The notes beneath the pieces were generated by a model, which did not search any database, had not been told where the DNA came from, and saw only the letters and a program-made list of their open reading frames with translations. DNA of 52,664 nucleotides, the filler included, from Squatina squatina (taxonomy: Eukaryota), in the NCBI GenBank assembly GCA_031763465.1. It is 3 parts of 3 records of this genome, joined end to end, with 100 filler letters (N's around TTAATTAATTAA, not from the genome) between each part and the next. Parts side by side here need not be neighbours in the genome. Positions count along the whole stretch, not along the records: positions 38,147 to 52,664 come from JARFOE010000016.1; 2 more parts are not named here. One strand, written 5' to 3'. A program made the position numbers and the translations under genes. Position 1 is the first letter of the stretch. Each line of letters begins with the position of its first letter. Of the stretch, positions 49,124-52,664 are shown in pieces.

Positions 49124-49360
49124 GATGTTTGAGATAAACAGACCCCTCTCTTTAGTTCCTTTCCCTGGCTCTCCACTTGCTAAAAAGTTGTTCATCTCTA
49201 ACATGGCCCTTTCATCATGTTCACCACCTGGCTACCACCACCAAAAGACCTTGAACAACTCTTTTATGCAAGCATTTGTCCCAGAAGGAAAAGCTGGGGT
49301 GGTAAATAAGTAAAATAAACTGCAGCATGAAGCTCCACCTTCTATCATCACTTACAAATA

Positions 49361-49434
49361 AGACCATAAGACCATAAGAAGTAGGAGCAGGAGTAGGCCA
49401 TTCGGCCCGTCGAGCCCGCTCCGCCATTCAATTG
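49361..49434 (-). mobile_element. CR1 3' tail with 8-bp terminal repeats
   Basis: (taagacca)2 followed by gtaggagcaggagtaggccattcggccc. Confidence 0.85.
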
Positions 49435-49534
49435 NNNNNNNNNNNNNNNNNNNNNNNNNNNNNNNNNNNNNNNNNNNNNNNNNNNNNNNNNNNNNNNNNN
49501 NNNNNNNNNNNNNNNNNNNNNNNNNNNNNNNNNN

Positions 49535-50511
49535 CAACTCCATAAAGTATCCCTACAATGCCCAATCCATTCCTTTCTCACTCCTCACCATTGCATGGGG
49601 TACCCTTATGTCTCACCATTCACTGCAACTCACTAAGCCACTTCCAAAGGTGCACACAAATCTGTCCAAGAACACAAAATGTTGAAAATAAAAATTTCAA
49701 TGTTTGACAAGACATTAACAGAAACCTTAATTGAACATTGACAAAATTACACAAGTGCCTACCTTTGTGTGTCGTTAGTTGGTACGCTTGCATTAGGATG
49801 TCGGTGAGTGTGAAGGGTGGTTAATGAGACGGGGATGTGATAATATAGAGAGAGACGGGTGGGTGGAGGTGTACCGTAAGCTGGTGTGAGTAAGGATGTG
49901 CAGGAGTACGTTGGGAAGGCAGAGTGATGGGGATGTGATGAGTGGCACAGCAAGATGAGGTTGAGTGTGGCTTTGCAGTAATGATCTACTGAGATCATTG
50001 AAAGATTTGCACCACTGCAGCCAGGTCCTCCTGATGATATCTGCTTGTGCCCTCCTGTGCAATGTGCAACCAGGCTGCGTTGGTCTCCTGGGGAGGTCTA
50101 TGTGCCCATTGGAAGGGAAGAGAACCTCCCTGCATGCTGTGACTCCCTCTGTAAGCATATGAAGGGAGTCACGGGAGAGTCTGGATGCAGCCGTGTACCT
50201 TTGTGCAGCCGTGCACCCTTGCACAGTGCTTGTCAGTGTTTATAACACCTCAATGCTGTAGAACACTGACAGCACAACTGTCAAAATCAATATGGATATG
50301 GTTCCTTTAAGAAATCCGGCTGATGACGCATCATCAGATGATGTCATCAGACCCGCTTCCTTCAGTTGGCCGGGAAATGCGGTGAACGGGCTCACCAAGC
50401 CCAATCAGCATAAAATCAATTCTGCATAGCAGTCTGGAGCTAGTAGCGGGCTCAGGACTTGCCACCGACCCTGGCCACACCGAACCCGCCAAGGTAGGTG
50501 AAATTGCGGCC
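49535..50511 (-). mobile_element. Harbinger element end with degenerate Myb/SANT-like DNA-binding ORF
   Basis: ASRLSRDSLHMLTEGVTACREVLFPSNG...RTWLQWCKSFNDL (Myb/SANT-like; middle appears frameshifted); terminus gaaattgcggcc followed by TTA, the Harbinger-type target site. Confidence 0.8.
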
Positions 50512-51219
50512 TTAGTTATAGTGGAGCCGAGCATCATTTACTAACTACTTCTACTTTACACACTGTCACAGATGAAGATTTACCATAATTAATGTATTTA
50601 AAAAATGAACTATATTCCATGAATAAGAAATACATAGCAAGTAAACACGCGTTTCTATTGAACATACACAATTTACACTTCAGTATAACAGTGAAGTGCA
50701 TTTATATTTTATTGAACAGCAGTTTTTTGTGGTTAGTGCCTGTAGATACTGCTGACACTGAGGAAATTACCTTTTCCATAATTTGGCTTTACTTTGAGCT
50801 TTGGAAAGTCAACCACAACTATAAGCACTCTTTCTTTTATTCAATTTGGTTGCCTGCCATTGTTCACTTAATTTGACAGCTTTAGATCCTTCTCTATTCA
50901 TACTGTAAATACTTGTTTTTTTTTTGCCCTTAAAGTATTGCCATATTTTCCAGTTTTATTTCTGGTAGAGTGTATTAAACATATGGAGAAAAAAAACTAA
51001 CACTGAATGGTAGTGCTGGAATTTCAATGCACTCTGTTTTCAATTCAGTCTCAATGGCCTGAAGCTTGCATTGCTGGTCTATGTTGGAACACTGCTCATT
51101 TTGCCCATTGTGAATGGTGCTCCAATCATTGCTGAGGGGAGCCCACAGGAAGTGAGCATGTACCAATTGTGCCTGTAAGTGTGAAAACATGAATTATCTT
51201 TGTTTACATGTTAAAAAAA

Positions 51220-51410
51220 GATTCGCTGGGGTAGATATAAAGAAACTATTTCTTCTGGTGGTGAAATCAAGAACAAGGGGATAGAGTTTTGGCCATTTAG
51301 GAGGGAAATCAGGATTTGCTTTTTCACACAAAGGGTAGTAGAAATCTTGAGCTTTCTCCCGAAAAGGTTGTGGATGCTGGGACAATTGGAAGTTTCAAGA
51401 CTGAGAACAA
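51220..51410 (+). mobile_element. CR1 ORF2 extreme 3' fragment
   Basis: agaaactatttcttctggtgg...ttttcacacaaagggtagtagaaatc...ttcaagactgag. Confidence 0.7.
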
Positions 51411-52159
51411 TGGACCTGAATTTGCGGTCAATGGTGTAGCTAAGGAGTATGTAGTCGGCCTCTGAATGGAATCCACAATTACCGGCTGCAAACCACCCTC
51501 CGAGAAGTTGCTTTGAAATGCCGTGGAGTTGTGCGCAGTGTAGTGGCCCATGGATCCCAGAGGCTCACTGTTGTGTGTAAGCGTACCTGGAATCACATAT
51601 GGCGGTGCTCCTTTCACTAACCAATTTAGGAAACATTTCAACACAACATCAAAGAACTTGTAAATTAAATGGTGTGATACTAATTGTATTTATTTGACAA
51701 GTACAGTACTTTAAAAAGCACAGGGAGTACTTTGGAGTAAGTACAGTTATTTGCTGAAAGACTCTGCAAAATTTAAAAAAAGATTATAATGATCTCATTC
51801 CTCAAACCGAACCATTACAGCTGCCTGGTCGGTTCTTTTATGTGTTTGTTTTTAAAATATTGTATAATTTTCTCATCCCCGCCCTCTACCCTCCCTTTAC
51901 GCTGTGCAAACAGACTCCTGCGCCTGTTTGCACCACCCATAAACTTTTCCAACATAATTGATGCGCAGTAGATGGGCAATTGGCCTAACCTTTCGCCAGC
52001 ACATCATTTCAATGAGGACTTGAAAGTCAGAGTGGATCATATGTATGTTCGGAATGTGACAGATCGCAAGTTTGGGATTTAGGACAGGCGTGGAAATCCA
52101 AACCTTGCTGTCAATTTCAAAGGCAGTATAGAAATGTACTCTGAGAGTACACCATCATA

Positions 52160-52664
52160 CCAACTGCAAATTCAGGTCCATTATCTTTCCTACCACTGAC
52201 GCTAAAGTAACTGGTCTATAGCTCCCTGGATTTGTTGTATTTCCCTTTTTGAAGATAGGAATTACATTTGCTGTTTGCCAGTCCTCTGGCACTATTCCTT
52301 TTTCTGTTGACTTTTTATATATGGATACGAACACGTCTGCTTTCCTCCCTAGTTTCTTTGAGTACTCACAGGTACAATACATCTTGTTTGCCTTAAGTTT
52401 TGCTAATTTGTCCAAGATCTCCTTTCTTTCTGTCTTAACAGTTGTAATATCCCTCCTGACATCTTCTACTGTTGTCATTTCCTCTTTGGTAGTCCCTTTA
52501 GTGAAAACTGAGGCAAAGCATCTGTTCAGTATCCCTGTGAGTTTACCTTGTTCATCCATTGGCCCTATCCTTATTTTAATTCTCCTTTTGTTATGTATAT
52601 GCCTATAGAATACTTTACATTTTATTTTTATATTAGTTGATATTTCCATGTCCTATTTCCTACT
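52160..52664 (-). mobile_element. CR1 ORF2 fragment (region just upstream of the RT core)
   Basis: ILNRCFASVFTK...GIVPEDWQTANVIPIFKKGNTTNPGSYRPVTLASVVGKIM. Confidence 0.93.

Overview
Vertebrate genomic DNA, most likely a cartilaginous fish (inferred from the repeat set: CR1, L2, SacSINE1-like DeuSINEs, Harbinger elements, Penelope-like ends). The assembly is fragmented: contigs of 1-5 kb joined mostly by 100-N spacers. Two spacers carry an artificial TTAATTAATTAA linker (24267-24278, 38091-38102) and split the window into three probably unlinked blocks. Block 1 (1-24222) has the SRSF4(-)/MECR(-)/PTPRU(+) synteny known from human 1p35, with only scattered exons: SRSF4 exons 2-3 and a conserved poison cassette exon, MECR exons 3 and 5, PTPRU exons 3 and 13, and a probable 18-nt PTPRU microexon. 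Block 2 (24323-38046) has DENND1A exon 2 and enhancer-like non-coding blocks. Block 3 (38147-52664) has no gene I can name, only one candidate first coding exon. Best leads: a candidate alternative MECR first exon giving an isoform without the mitochondrial presequence, the SRSF4 poison exon, the PTPRU microexon, an intact minimal hammerhead ribozyme in a Penelope-like end, an orphan coding-like segment at 4.8-5.35 kb and a ~410-bp degenerate palindrome. All family assignments are from recall, not database searches. I found no convincing wholly new multi-gene system.
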